Position numbers and translations under genes: made by a program. A stretch of 37,329 bases of DNA from Candidatus Sericytochromatia bacterium (GTDB lineage Bacteria; Cyanobacteriota; Sericytochromatia; S15B-MN24; JAQBPE01): positions 187,750-225,078 of the forward strand of contig JBBAPZ010000002.1 in NCBI GenBank assembly GCA_040400605.1, given 5' to 3'. Position 1 is the first letter of the stretch, and each line of letters starts with the position of its first letter. Of the stretch, positions 36,907 to 37,329 are shown one piece after another. The notes below the pieces were generated by a model. It searched no databases and was not told the DNA's origin. It saw only the letters and a program-made list of their open reading frames with translations.

Positions 36907-37329
36907 CCTGCCGTGCCGAAAGCCCCGCGTTCGATCGTTCGTCGCGTCGGTCAAAGCGCACTTGAAACAAAGGGTCATGGCCGAAAACCTTTTTGCTGAA
37001 GCGATGGGGGCCGTTACAACCAAGGGGTGAGCGCAGACATACCCTATCAAAATTGCCTGCTGATGGTGGTCTGCCATCACCGTCCCGTTCATTCAGACAG
37101 GTGGCGGTCGTGACAAATTCCACCGCTTTCGCGACCGCATCACCCCAAGCGCGGGTTGCATTCGCACGGTCACCCCTGCCTTTGGGCAGCGCTGATCGTG
37201 TTGCCCAGCGTAGACACCTGGGTGCGGGTTGGCACGGGCCAAATCCACCGTGATTGTTCGTCCACGCCTTTGCGGTCCACGCAGTCTTTGGCTGAAGGTT
37301 CTCTTAGCCTTTTTTGGGGTAAGTGACAA

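Noticed and set aside
37093..37329. 78-aa ORF at the window edge
   Set aside because: No recognisable features; the region looks more like a divergent promoter region and is truncated by the window.

Overview
A gene-dense, GC-rich chromosomal segment of about 27 protein genes. I found no rRNA, tRNA, CRISPR array or IS element. In order: the 3' part of mnmG; a giant LysM/peptidoglycan-binding repeat protein; a minus-strand run (Orn/Lys/Arg decarboxylase, ldpA, Ycf45-like AAA+R3H, tmk, sppA, Yip1); DUF192; a repeat-rich lipoprotein; an AT-rich small gene broken by an in-frame TAG; an envelope cluster (SLH plus putative beta-barrel protein, DUF2993/LmeA-like, mlaE, mlaF, long mlaD); ABC-F; enoyl-CoA hydratase; a lipoate ligase/LipM-like gene; an XerC/D-like recombinase; yggS-sepF-proC-yggT; an 1813-aa Ser/Thr kinase-STAND ATPase-TPR-GAF-GGDEF protein; exbB-exbD-btuF-like genes behind a ~215-nt structured leader; and a lipoprotein. 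The ldpA-ycf45 pair, yggS-sepF-proC and frequent GCGATCGC point to Cyanobacteriota. A non-photosynthetic relative such as Sericytochromatia is my guess; this is inference and was not tested. Best leads: the unclassified structured RNA upstream of exbBD-btuF, the MlaD-barrel/SLH/LmeA envelope module, the STAND-type diguanylate cyclase, HIP1-like enrichment, a shared SigF/SigB-like promoter motif and the amber-interrupted gene. All family calls come from motif recognition by eye; no searches were run.
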